From: Actinomycetota bacterium
GTDB lineage: Bacteria > Actinomycetota > Acidimicrobiia > Spongiisociales > UBA4744
DNA length: 64,000 nucleotides
Direction: 5' to 3'
Assembly (NCBI GenBank): GCA_013152275.1
Contig: JAADGS010000070.1
Location: forward strand, 1 to 64,000
Shown: positions 36,999 through 44,735 of the stretch, piece by piece
How the letters are laid out: each line of letters opens with the position of its first letter
How positions within the stretch are numbered: position 1 is the first letter of the stretch
Position numbers and translations under genes: made by a program
The notes under the pieces: generated by a model
What the model was told of the DNA's origin: nothing
The model's database searches: none
The model's input: only the letters and a program-made list of their open reading frames with translations

Positions 36999-37184
36999 GT
37001 GATGGGACGCTCACCGAGATTGGCGCTTGTCGTGTTCGTATCGGCCTTTCTGGTCAACGTGGTGGTCCAGGGCCTATGGCCTCACCGCCCCATCGATTGG
37101 TATGCGGCGCTCGTCATCGCCGCCGCCACGGCCGTTGCGTTGGTCGTGGTGGACCGGTTCTTCTCTCGCCAAACCGGCCGGTAG
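36999..37184 (+). CDS. small two-TM hypothetical protein
   Basis: two hydrophobic helices; TACAAT -10 just upstream; start 36999 or 37002. Confidence 0.55.
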   Translation: MMGRSPRLALVVFVSAFLVNVVVQGLWPHRPIDWYAALVIAAATAVALVVVDRFFSRQTGR

Positions 37185-37261
37185 ACGTCTCGGGCGGACG
37201 AACACGATGCGGCCATCACCGCCGGCAATCGAAAAGATGCTCGTATTCCGGGGTAATCGAC

Positions 37262-37435
37262 TAACCTATGTCAGGCCCGAGTCATCTCGGGCCCCGCAGT
37301 CGGTCCTTCATGGCGAAGACCGACCATTCGGTTCTCGCGATTCTCAGGAGTCTGCAGCTCGAACACGCGCGGGAATCACAATCCGGGTACCGATCCCGGC
37401 GCGTCGGATATGACGCACGACCCAGGAGGTCGACA
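37262..37435 (+). promoter_or_regulatory. promoter and long structured 5' leader of cold-shock gene
   Basis: TAACCT at 37262; hairpins 37274-37293, 37299-37324, 37383-37399, 37401-37416; SD AGGAGG. Confidence 0.55.
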
Positions 37436-37639
37436 ATGACAACAACCGGAACTGTCAAGTTCTTCAACGAACAGAAGGGGTTCGGCTTCATCACCTCGCC
37501 GGACGGAGACGACGTGTTCGTCCACGCATCCAATATCGCAGGGAGCGAATCCCGCTCGCTCACGGAGGGCCAGTCGGTCCAGTACGAGACCGCACCGGGA
37601 CGCAAGGGTCCAGAGGCGGTCAACGTCAGGCCCGTCTGA
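37436..37639 (+). CDS. cold-shock protein (CspA family)
   Basis: GTVKFFN, KGFGFI (RNP1), VFVH (RNP2), GPEAVNV. Confidence 0.95.
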   Translation: MTTTGTVKFFNEQKGFGFITSPDGDDVFVHASNIAGSESRSLTEGQSVQYETAPGRKGPEAVNVRPV

Positions 37640-37640
37640 C

Positions 37641-37898
37641 ATGGCACGGCGTGGGGCTCAGGCAATGGCGAAGCGGGCCCGGGAACGGGCTCGCCAGGAG
37701 CGACAGGAGGCGAAGCGCGTGCGGCGCCAGTCTGCCTCCGCAGACGCCGCCGACCCGACGGACGCGCCCGATGAGGCCGGACTCATGGAGGAATTCCGAG
37801 TGCTGAGCGAGCGTTACGCCGCCGGCGCGCTCGCAGAGGACCTCTACGCGAAGGAACGCCATCGGATCTTCGTCGAACTCGGCATCGAGTCCGAGTAG
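37641..37898 (+). CDS. small Arg-rich protein with SHOCT-like C-terminus
   Basis: starts 1 nt after csp stop; KRARERARQERQ helix; LSERYAAGALAEDLYAKER. Confidence 0.7.
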   Translation: MARRGAQAMAKRARERARQERQEAKRVRRQSASADAADPTDAPDEAGLMEEFRVLSERYAAGALAEDLYAKERHRIFVELGIESE

Positions 37899-37925
37899 GC
37901 CGGCCGAGCCTTCCACCAATCGGTC

Positions 37926-37955
37926 CGCAACGACGGCGAATACGCCGTCGTTGCG
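37926..37955. terminator. 13-bp perfect hairpin after csp pair
   Basis: CGCAACGACGGCG-aata-CGCCGTCGTTGCG; no U-tract. Confidence 0.65.
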
Positions 37956-38011
37956 ACCTCGACCAGACACCACACTTGGGTCGGATCAGGCCCAATCCAG
38001 AAAGGAGTGCC

Positions 38012-38236
38012 ATGACGGCACCTTCCCGGTCGCGCACCGTCGCGACCATCGACATCAACCACCTCCGCCGGGGAAAGACGTATACGGCAAGAACCCAGAC
38101 CGGCCTCGTCGCCATCGGCGAGTACCTCGGCATCGAGGTCATCCACTCCGAATGGCGGATCCTCCTCCGCGAGCGGACGGGCACGCGGTCGATCGCCATC
38201 CGTGAACTCGAATCCGTGCTCACACCAGCCGCCTAG
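38012..38236 (+). CDS. 74-aa hypothetical protein with Sm/Hfq-like pattern
   Basis: strong SD AAAGGAG before ATG 38012; helix plus five predicted beta strands. Confidence 0.65.
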   Translation: MTAPSRSRTVATIDINHLRRGKTYTARTQTGLVAIGEYLGIEVIHSEWRILLRERTGTRSIAIRELESVLTPAA

Positions 38237-38280
38237 GGCGGAATCCGAGATCCGGTGGGACGCGTGGCACATCACGCGCA

Positions 38281-38305
38281 GAGACCCCCGCCGAGCAGGG
38301 GTCTC
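38281..38305. terminator. hairpin immediately downstream of tRNA-Glu(CTC)
   Basis: GAGACCCC...GGGGTCTC inverted repeat. Confidence 0.6.
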
Positions 38306-38308
38306 GCG

Positions 38309-38384
38309 TGGTAGCCCCGACCAGATTCGAACTGGCGTTACCGGCTTGAGAGGCCGGCGTCCTAGGCCGCTAGACGACGGGGCC
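38309..38384 (-). tRNA. tRNA-Glu(CTC)
   Basis: GGCCCCGTCGTCTAGCGG...CCGGC-CT-CTC-AA-GCCGG...GTTCGAATC...GGGGCTACCA; 76 nt with CCA. Confidence 0.96.
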
Positions 38385-38408
38385 GAGCGCGGCGAAACGA
38401 TCGTTTCG

Positions 38409-38480
38409 CTCGGGGGGAAGGACTCGAACCCTCAATGACAGGACCAGAACCTGCTGTGTTGCCAATTACACCACCCCCGA
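38409..38480 (-). tRNA. tRNA-Gln(CTG)
   Basis: TCGGGGGTGGTGTAATTGG...GCAGG-TT-CTG-GT-CCTGT...GGTTCGAGTCC; U1-A72; CCA not encoded. Confidence 0.95.
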
Positions 38481-38490
38481 AGGGACCATT

Positions 38491-38519
38491 ACGGTACCGA
38501 AGGGGGTTGCTCTCGGCAA
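38491..38519 (-). promoter_or_regulatory. sigma70-type promoter of tRNA-Gln/tRNA-Glu pair
   Basis: TTGCCG-17 nt-TACCGT ending 10 nt before tRNA-Gln. Confidence 0.65.
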
Positions 38520-38522
38520 AAC

Positions 38523-39437
38523 TCACCGAGCCCGCAGACGCGGATCGAGGATCTCGCGCAGCCCCGACGACACCAGGTAGAACGCCCCGGCGAACAGCGA
38601 AAGCGCCGCAGAGGCCGATACCAGCGCACTCCAAGGCACCACGCCGCTGAACGATCTCGCCGAAGTGACACCGAAGAACACGATCGCACCCCAACTCACG
38701 AGTGACTCCGTTTGTCCGAGAAACGCCGCGAATCCGTGAGCGACGATCGCTCCGACGACCGACAGCATCATGTACAGGACCGCCAGGGGCAGCAAGTGCG
38801 GCACGAGGTGCCTGACCAGGATATGGGGACCGCCCCCGCCGGCGACCCTGGCGGCCTCGATGAAGGGTTCGGCCATGACCTTGAGCCCCTGACTCCGCAT
38901 CACGATCGCCCCCGCACCGAGACCGTTGATGAGCCCGAACACCAGCCCGAACCGGACCGGGGACAGCTCGACCTGCTCGGCGATGATCAGTACGAAGATC
39001 GGTGCCGGCAGCAGCAGGAAGGCGTCGGAGACATGGGACAGCACACCATCGACCCACCCCCTGTAGAAGGCTCCCAAAGCTCCGACGAACGTCGCGATCA
39101 TGCCTGTTGTGATCGCCGCGGTGAGCGCGACCACCCACGCGGGCCGCGAGGCGGCCAGGATCATGCTGAGCACATCGCGGCCAAGGGCGTCGGTGCCGAG
39201 CAGATGCGCGGAAGACGGATCGGCGGGATGCATCATCGTGAAGTCGAATCCGACCAGCGGATCGTAGATCTTGGCCGGCCAGACCGTCCTCAGCAGTAGC
39301 GGATAGATCAACGCGGCGATCCCGAACAGCAGGATCAGCCCGAGCCCGACCACGGCGGTCGGGCTCCCCCAGACGGCCTGCAGAGACCTGCGGACGCCTC
39401 GCCGGCGTGCCCGAATGCGCTCGACCACGAGTTTCAC
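38523..39437 (-). CDS. peptide/nickel ABC transporter permease (DppC/OppC-like)
   Basis: HLLGTDALGRDV, FIEAARVAG, RHLVPH; GTG overlaps upstream stop. Confidence 0.9.
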   Translation of the reverse strand: MKLVVERIRARRRGVRRSLQAVWGSPTAVVGLGLILLFGIAALIYPLLLRTVWPAKIYDPLVGFDFTMMHPADPSSAHLLGTDALGRDVLSMILAASRPAWVVALTAAITTGMIATFVGALGAFYRGWVDGVLSHVSDAFLLLPAPIFVLIIAEQVELSPVRFGLVFGLINGLGAGAIVMRSQGLKVMAEPFIEAARVAGGGGPHILVRHLVPHLLPLAVLYMMLSVVGAIVAHGFAAFLGQTESLVSWGAIVFFGVTSARSFSGVVPWSALVSASAALSLFAGAFYLVSSGLREILDPRLRAR

Positions 39438-40570
39438 ACGGCCCTCCAGATCCGCGGGTCGAGCACCGCCTGCATGATCTCGAACACAAGGCGCACGACG
39501 AGTGTGAGCACGCCGATCAGCAGCAAGATGTCCATGACGACCGGCATGTCCTGTGCCGACACCGCATCGAAGAGCAGCGTGCCCATTCCGGCCCATCCGA
39601 CGGACTCTTCGATGATGATCAGGCCGCTGAGCAGGTAGGGCAGGCTGACCACGAGTCTGCCGAGGACCGGCAACACGGCATTTCGCGCGGCATGGTGGTC
39701 CCGCACGACTCGATCCGGAAGCCCTTTGGCCGTAGCGGCCATCACGTAGTCCTCGTGCCTGACGGCGGCGATGGACGTTCTCATCACGAGCAGGAAATCA
39801 CCGTAGGAGAGGACCGCGAAGGCGATCGTCGGAACTGCCGCCAGGAACAGCACGTCGATCGCGAAGCCCAGCATCCCCCGGTAGGCCCACCACCCCACGG
39901 AGACCCCCACGACCAAGACGAGCTTGCCGAGCAGGGGCAGGCCCCGCCGCCTCCCCAAGACTCGAGCCCCGACGACCCCGACGGTGAACACGAGGAGCGT
40001 GGCGATCACGATCGTGACGGTCATTCGCCCCATCACGGCTGCGCGATCGACTCCCAACCAGTCGACGGTGGAACCCAACACACCGTTGCGCACATCGACG
40101 AGCCGGCTCCGGAGGAGGTAGACGAGCATGAATCCGAGGAACGGGGGAAAGATCGTGTACGTGGTGACGGCGAGGAATGTCAAGGTCCTTCCCCTCGCCC
40201 CGCGCCGCCAGCCGGCTATGCGTCCCAGCCACGAACCGAACAGGTACGCAACCCCGATTCCGACCATGAACACGAGAGCGGTCGCAGGAATGGCCCTCAT
40301 CAATTCCCCCGGCCCCACCCAGCCCAACGTGGTCGACCCGAGCCCGTGCGTGACCACGTTGCGGAGCCAGAACAGATACCGAATCAGGATCGGGCGATCG
40401 AGGCCGAGTTGGGTGCGCAACACTTCGAGTTCCGGTCCGGACAGGGAGAGTCGGGACGGTGTCGCGTAGTCGCCGGGAATGAGCGCCTCGACGAGCAGGA
40501 ACATGCCGGCGGTAAACAGCACCAGAGCGACGAGCCCCGAGAGCGTACGCCGAACCAGGTACTTGGTCAC
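39434..40570 (-). CDS. peptide/nickel ABC transporter permease (DppB/OppB-like)
   Basis: YLVRR, LGLDRP, DYVMAATAKGL, HAARNAVLP, LDPRI. Confidence 0.9.
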   Translation of the reverse strand: MTKYLVRRTLSGLVALVLFTAGMFLLVEALIPGDYATPSRLSLSGPELEVLRTQLGLDRPILIRYLFWLRNVVTHGLGSTTLGWVGPGELMRAIPATALVFMVGIGVAYLFGSWLGRIAGWRRGARGRTLTFLAVTTYTIFPPFLGFMLVYLLRSRLVDVRNGVLGSTVDWLGVDRAAVMGRMTVTIVIATLLVFTVGVVGARVLGRRRGLPLLGKLVLVVGVSVGWWAYRGMLGFAIDVLFLAAVPTIAFAVLSYGDFLLVMRTSIAAVRHEDYVMAATAKGLPDRVVRDHHAARNAVLPVLGRLVVSLPYLLSGLIIIEESVGWAGMGTLLFDAVSAQDMPVVMDILLLIGVLTLVVRLVFEIMQAVLDPRIWRAV

Positions 40571-40614
40571 CCGATCAGGCTAGCGATATCACCATTGCCG
40601 ACCTTCAGGCGTGG

Positions 40615-41859
40615 TCAGGGCGATCGACCACAGATCGTGTAGCGGTGGCCAAGCCTGCTGGTCCATTCATGGCCGCCGTCGGGAAGGGACTGGTATGTCC
40701 ATCCTGCCTGATGGCGAATGCCATGGTCGTGTCGGCACAGAGGCGCCAGGTTCGTGGGATCGGTGGACCCGCCCTGCGCGTAGGGATCTCGGTGGTCGAG
40801 ATCACAGTCGGTGGCCGGCATGCGGCAACCGGGGAACACACAGGTTCGATCACGAGTCTCCACGAAACGTCGTTGCTCGACGGAGGGCCGCCGGCGGGTG
40901 ATCCCATCGTGGAGGGGAAGCCCGGTGTCGGGATCGGTGACGACGAACCGCCACTCGGCCTCTTCTTGCCGTTCGGCCACCTGACGGGCGATGTCGGCAA
41001 TGACGGGCCCGTATCCGGCCAACTCACCGGGAGCTTCCGACAGACCCGTCAAAGTCTCGAGATCGACATGGATGTCGACGACCCCCCGATCCCTGCTCAC
41101 CGCGCCGGTGCCGTCGGTGACGGCGAGGAGGTCCATGAACACGTCGGCTCGGAGTTGATCCATCGTACGAGGCTCGTCGGTGGTTCTGAGGCTTCGAGCC
41201 AACCTATTGATCGTGCGGGCTATGGCAGCCACCCGATGCGGCGGCAGGTCGAAACCCAGCAGATTGGCGGTCCCGGACTCGGTCGGCTGCACCACCACCC
41301 TGCGATCCGCCACCGCTTCGACATAACGCACTTCGGCCTGTTGGGGATCGGTTTCGATACACAGCCGCCGTAACCGAGCCGTCAACTGCCCGGTTGTCCA
41401 CTGTGGGGCCATGTCCAACACCCGCTCCACGACTTCCCGGGCAGTCTCCATCGAAAGATGCGAAGTGGCCACGATGATGGCTTTGGCGCGACGTACATCG
41501 ATGTGGCCGGCGGCCAACAGCCCCCAGACCTGTGGGAGACGCAGCTTGAGGTCCAGCGCCCAGCCCAGCTCTGTGTCGGCGGCACGACGAGTCAGGCGCA
41601 GTGCCGCCCGGATCTCGGCAGCCGCCGACTCCTCGGCCAGTCGCCGATCGTCATCGAGTTGGTGCATGTGGTCGACCACGGCGGCCATGTCCTCATACAC
41701 ATGGGCCGTGTAGCACGACACCATTCGCTGATGGGCTCGCAACACGACAACCCGGTCATGACCAGACAACTTCCCGACATCGATCGACGCCAGGAACGCG
41801 GCCAGAGCCGGCCCCGGCTCCATCTCGGCCAAACGCTGCGGTATCGAGGTATCGAACAT
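40615..41859 (-). CDS. DUF222-domain HNH endonuclease (13E12-repeat family)
   Basis: QLRADVFMDLL, ELAGYGPV, RDRTCVFPGC, DLDH, NLAPLCRHDH. Confidence 0.9.
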   Translation of the reverse strand: MFDTSIPQRLAEMEPGPALAAFLASIDVGKLSGHDRVVVLRAHQRMVSCYTAHVYEDMAAVVDHMHQLDDDRRLAEESAAAEIRAALRLTRRAADTELGWALDLKLRLPQVWGLLAAGHIDVRRAKAIIVATSHLSMETAREVVERVLDMAPQWTTGQLTARLRRLCIETDPQQAEVRYVEAVADRRVVVQPTESGTANLLGFDLPPHRVAAIARTINRLARSLRTTDEPRTMDQLRADVFMDLLAVTDGTGAVSRDRGVVDIHVDLETLTGLSEAPGELAGYGPVIADIARQVAERQEEAEWRFVVTDPDTGLPLHDGITRRRPSVEQRRFVETRDRTCVFPGCRMPATDCDLDHRDPYAQGGSTDPTNLAPLCRHDHGIRHQAGWTYQSLPDGGHEWTSRLGHRYTICGRSP

Positions 41860-41867
41860 ACGTTCGT
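41852..41867. promoter_or_regulatory. LexA (SOS) box overlapping the HNH start codon
   Basis: TCGAAC-ATAC-GTTCGT, matching Gram-positive CGAAC-N4-GTTCG. Confidence 0.8.
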
Positions 41868-41889
41868 ATCGTACCAGGCCCCCCCGACA
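41868..41889 (-). promoter_or_regulatory. PafBC/RecA-NDp promoter TGTCGG-N10-TACGAT
   Basis: minus strand TGTCGG GGGGGCCTGG TACGAT, eight nt before ATG. Confidence 0.75.
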
Positions 41890-41982
41890 GAATTGCCGAC
41901 CCGCGATGAGGGACGTACGCCGCCGGACCCGCCGGTACGGAAGGAGAGCGGCCCGTCGGAGAGATCACGAGCGAATCCGCAC

Positions 41983-42058
41983 TGGTAGCCCCGACCAGAT
42001 TCGAACTGGCGTTACCGGCTTGAAAGGCCGGCGTCCTGGGCCGCTGGACGACGGGGCC
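41983..42058 (-). tRNA. tRNA-Glu(TTC)
   Basis: GGCCCCGTCGTCCAGCGG...CCGGC-CT-TTC-AA-GCCGG...GGGGCTACCA; 76 nt. Confidence 0.96.
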
Positions 42059-42132
42059 ACGATGACGGAACGATGATAGGCGCCCAGAAGCATGCCGCCA
42101 GTTGGGCAGCCTCCCCGAAGGCCACGAAGAAC

Positions 42133-42885
42133 TCAAAGCCGTCCCGCCTCGATGATCCTCTGGAGGAACTGTTGGGTCCTCGTCGCTTTCGGATTGGTGA
42201 AGATCTCCTCGGGTGGTGCCTGCTCGAGGATACGACCGCCGTCGAGGAAGCAGACCTGATCGGCGATCTCACGGGCAAAACCCATCTCGTGCGTCGCGAT
42301 GAGCATCGTCATGCCCGAAGCCTTCAGATCGCGGATCACTCCGAGAACCTCGCCGACGAGCTCGGGGTCGAGCGCCGACGTCACCTCGTCGAAGAGCATG
42401 AGATCCGGCTGCATCGCCAACGCCCGAACGATGGCGACACGCTGCTGCTGGCCGCCGGAGAGACGATCCGGATACTCCGACGCCTTGTCGGCGAGGCCGA
42501 AGCGCTCCAACAGCGTCATCGCCGCGTCCTCCGCCTCCTCGTCGTCCACACCGAGAGCCTTGCGAGGTCCGAGGGTGATGTTGTCGAGCACCATCATGTG
42601 CGGGAAGAGATTGAACGACTGGAACACGATCCCGATGTGCCGTCGCACATCGTTCGGACTCACTCCCCTCTCTGTCGTCACCTTGCCGTCGAGCAGGATC
42701 CTGCCCGCGTCGATCGCCTCGAGAAGATTCACACACTTGAGCAGGGTCGATTTGCCGGAACCCGACGAGCCGATCAGACAGAAGACCTCGTGCTCACCGA
42801 CCTGGAGATCTATGTCGTCGAGAACGAGCAGATCTCCGAACGACTTACGGACCTTCTCGAGCATGAGTTTCGGTGTCGCCCTCAT
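42133..42885 (-). CDS. polar amino acid ABC transporter ATPase
   Basis: GSSGSGKST, FQSFNLFPH, LSGGQQQR, DEVTSALDPE, THEMGFA. Confidence 0.93.
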   Translation of the reverse strand: MRATPKLMLEKVRKSFGDLLVLDDIDLQVGEHEVFCLIGSSGSGKSTLLKCVNLLEAIDAGRILLDGKVTTERGVSPNDVRRHIGIVFQSFNLFPHMMVLDNITLGPRKALGVDDEEAEDAAMTLLERFGLADKASEYPDRLSGGQQQRVAIVRALAMQPDLMLFDEVTSALDPELVGEVLGVIRDLKASGMTMLIATHEMGFAREIADQVCFLDGGRILEQAPPEEIFTNPKATRTQQFLQRIIEAGRL

Positions 42886-43772
42886 ACGAGCATCCCACTC
42901 GACCGGCGCCGACGGTCACGCTCCGCATACCAGTCGGTGAATCGCGCAAGGGGGACACTCACTGCGAGGAACAGCAGTGCCGCCGCGACGAGCCCCGTGT
43001 TGTTGAAATTCAGCGCCGCATAGATCTGCGCTTCGCGCACCGCCTCCCGCGCCCCGAGGATGCTCACCAGCGCAACGTCCTTCTGGAGACTGACGAAACC
43101 GTTGAGGAGCGGTGGGATGACGTTCCGCACCGCCTGGGGCAGCACGACATAGCGCAGCGACTGACCCTGGCTGAGCGCGAGAGACCTCGCCGCCGCACGC
43201 TGGCTCGGGTGCACCGAATCGATACCCGCCCGGTACACCTCCGCGGTGTACGCGCTGTACGAGATGACGAGTGACGCAACGGCCCAGAACACCGGGCTGG
43301 ACGGCACCCCGTGAAGACCGAGGGCGGGGACCCCGAAACCGAGCAGCAAGAGGAGGAGCAGCAGGGGGATACCACGAATCAGATCGGTGTATCCCACGGC
43401 GAGGATTCGCAGCGGGAAGTACACGGGACCGTGAAGACTGCGCATCACCGCGATGATGAGCGAGATGATCAGGATCAGGGCTTCGGCGACGAGGAACATC
43501 TTCACGTCGAGCCAGAACCCGGCAAGCACGTCCGGCCACACCTTGGCGAAATGGGCGCCCGAGAAGAACTGTTTCTGCACTTTCGGCCACGTCGGGGAGC
43601 TCAGCACCGCCCAGATGACGATCGTGAAGAACACGACGGTGCTGCCCATGGCGATCAGCGCGGCCCGCGCCCCTTCCTGGGCACGCAGATCACGCCACCG
43701 CTGAGGCAGGCTCCGACTCGACCACCCGCGGGACGTCGGCTCGACGTCCCGCGGTGGTCCGAACAGTCTCAT
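42882..43772 (-). CDS. polar amino acid ABC transporter permease
   Basis: YTDLIRGIP, SAYTAEVYRAG, VVLPQAVR. Confidence 0.92.
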   Translation of the reverse strand: MRLFGPPRDVEPTSRGWSSRSLPQRWRDLRAQEGARAALIAMGSTVVFFTIVIWAVLSSPTWPKVQKQFFSGAHFAKVWPDVLAGFWLDVKMFLVAEALILIISLIIAVMRSLHGPVYFPLRILAVGYTDLIRGIPLLLLLLLLGFGVPALGLHGVPSSPVFWAVASLVISYSAYTAEVYRAGIDSVHPSQRAAARSLALSQGQSLRYVVLPQAVRNVIPPLLNGFVSLQKDVALVSILGAREAVREAQIYAALNFNNTGLVAAALLFLAVSVPLARFTDWYAERDRRRRSSGMLV

Positions 43773-44621
43773 CTAGGGAGTGATCACAGGCGCTCCGGTG
43801 GCATCCGAAAGCCACTGCTTCTCGATCCCTGCGAGTTCCCCGTTGTCCTTGAGCTTCTGCAAGGCATCGTTCACACAGGCTCGCAGCGGGTTGTCCTTCT
43901 GGAACAGCATGCCGAACTGCTCGGGATTGTCCCCCACCGACGGGAACTGACCGACGACCGAGGAACCCTCGATCTCGACCGCGCTGATGTAGAACGCCGT
44001 CGGCAGGTCGACGACGATCCCATCGATCTGACCGGCCTCCATCGCGAGTTTCGCGTCGTTGTTCGTGTCATAGACGAACGGCTCCGTGTCAGGCTTGATC
44101 TCGTTCTCGATGTACTGAAGGCTCGTCGTACCGATCTGGGCGCCGAGCTTCAACTTCTTCACATCGGCCATTGTCTTCGCGCTCGCTGCAGGCGAGGTGT
44201 CGAAGGCCACGAGCGCCTGATTGACGTTGTAGTAGCCGTCGCTGAAGTCGACGACCTGGGCCCGCTCCGGCGTGATCGAGATCTGGTTGATATCGAAGTC
44301 GAAGTTCTTCTCACCCGGCTGGTACGAGTTGTTGAACGGAACCACCACCCAGGTGACCTCGTCGGGCGAGAATCCCAGTTCCTTGGCAACCGCGTACGCA
44401 ACCGCACTCTCGAAACCCTTGCCATTCGAAGGGTCGTTCTCCTCGAACCACGGCGGGAACGCCGGGTCGTCCGTTCCTATCGTCAACACACCAGGGGTGA
44501 CGAGCCGCAGGTCGCCCTTCGCGCACGACGTCCCTCCACTACCAGCGGTCGTACCGCTCGAACATGCTGCAATGACCATGGCGAGCACGGCCACGAAAAT
44601 GAGCCAGCGTCCCTTATTCAT
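43773..44621 (-). CDS. amino acid ABC transporter substrate-binding lipoprotein
   Basis: lipobox IAAC, TDDPAFPPW, QISITPER, GAQIGTT; SD GGAGGAGG. Confidence 0.9.
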   Translation of the reverse strand: MNKGRWLIFVAVLAMVIAACSSGTTAGSGGTSCAKGDLRLVTPGVLTIGTDDPAFPPWFEENDPSNGKGFESAVAYAVAKELGFSPDEVTWVVVPFNNSYQPGEKNFDFDINQISITPERAQVVDFSDGYYNVNQALVAFDTSPAASAKTMADVKKLKLGAQIGTTSLQYIENEIKPDTEPFVYDTNNDAKLAMEAGQIDGIVVDLPTAFYISAVEIEGSSVVGQFPSVGDNPEQFGMLFQKDNPLRACVNDALQKLKDNGELAGIEKQWLSDATGAPVITP

Positions 44622-44735
44622 CCTTCCTCCTCCATGCGACTTCCTGAGCCTAGTGCCGCCCCGCCCACGTTCTGACAGAGTCATGGCCGGCACCGGCCTG
44701 GCACGACCCTGTGGACCCGAACGGGAGACCGGCCC

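Noticed and set aside
38309..42058. Integrative element with attL/attR
   Set aside because: Both repeats are complete tRNAs with different anticodons, a tRNA-Gln lies inside, and there is no integrase
44647..44677. TGTCAG upstream of the amino-acid binding protein gene
   Set aside because: 19 nt from TAGGCT, not 10; better read as an ordinary -35 region
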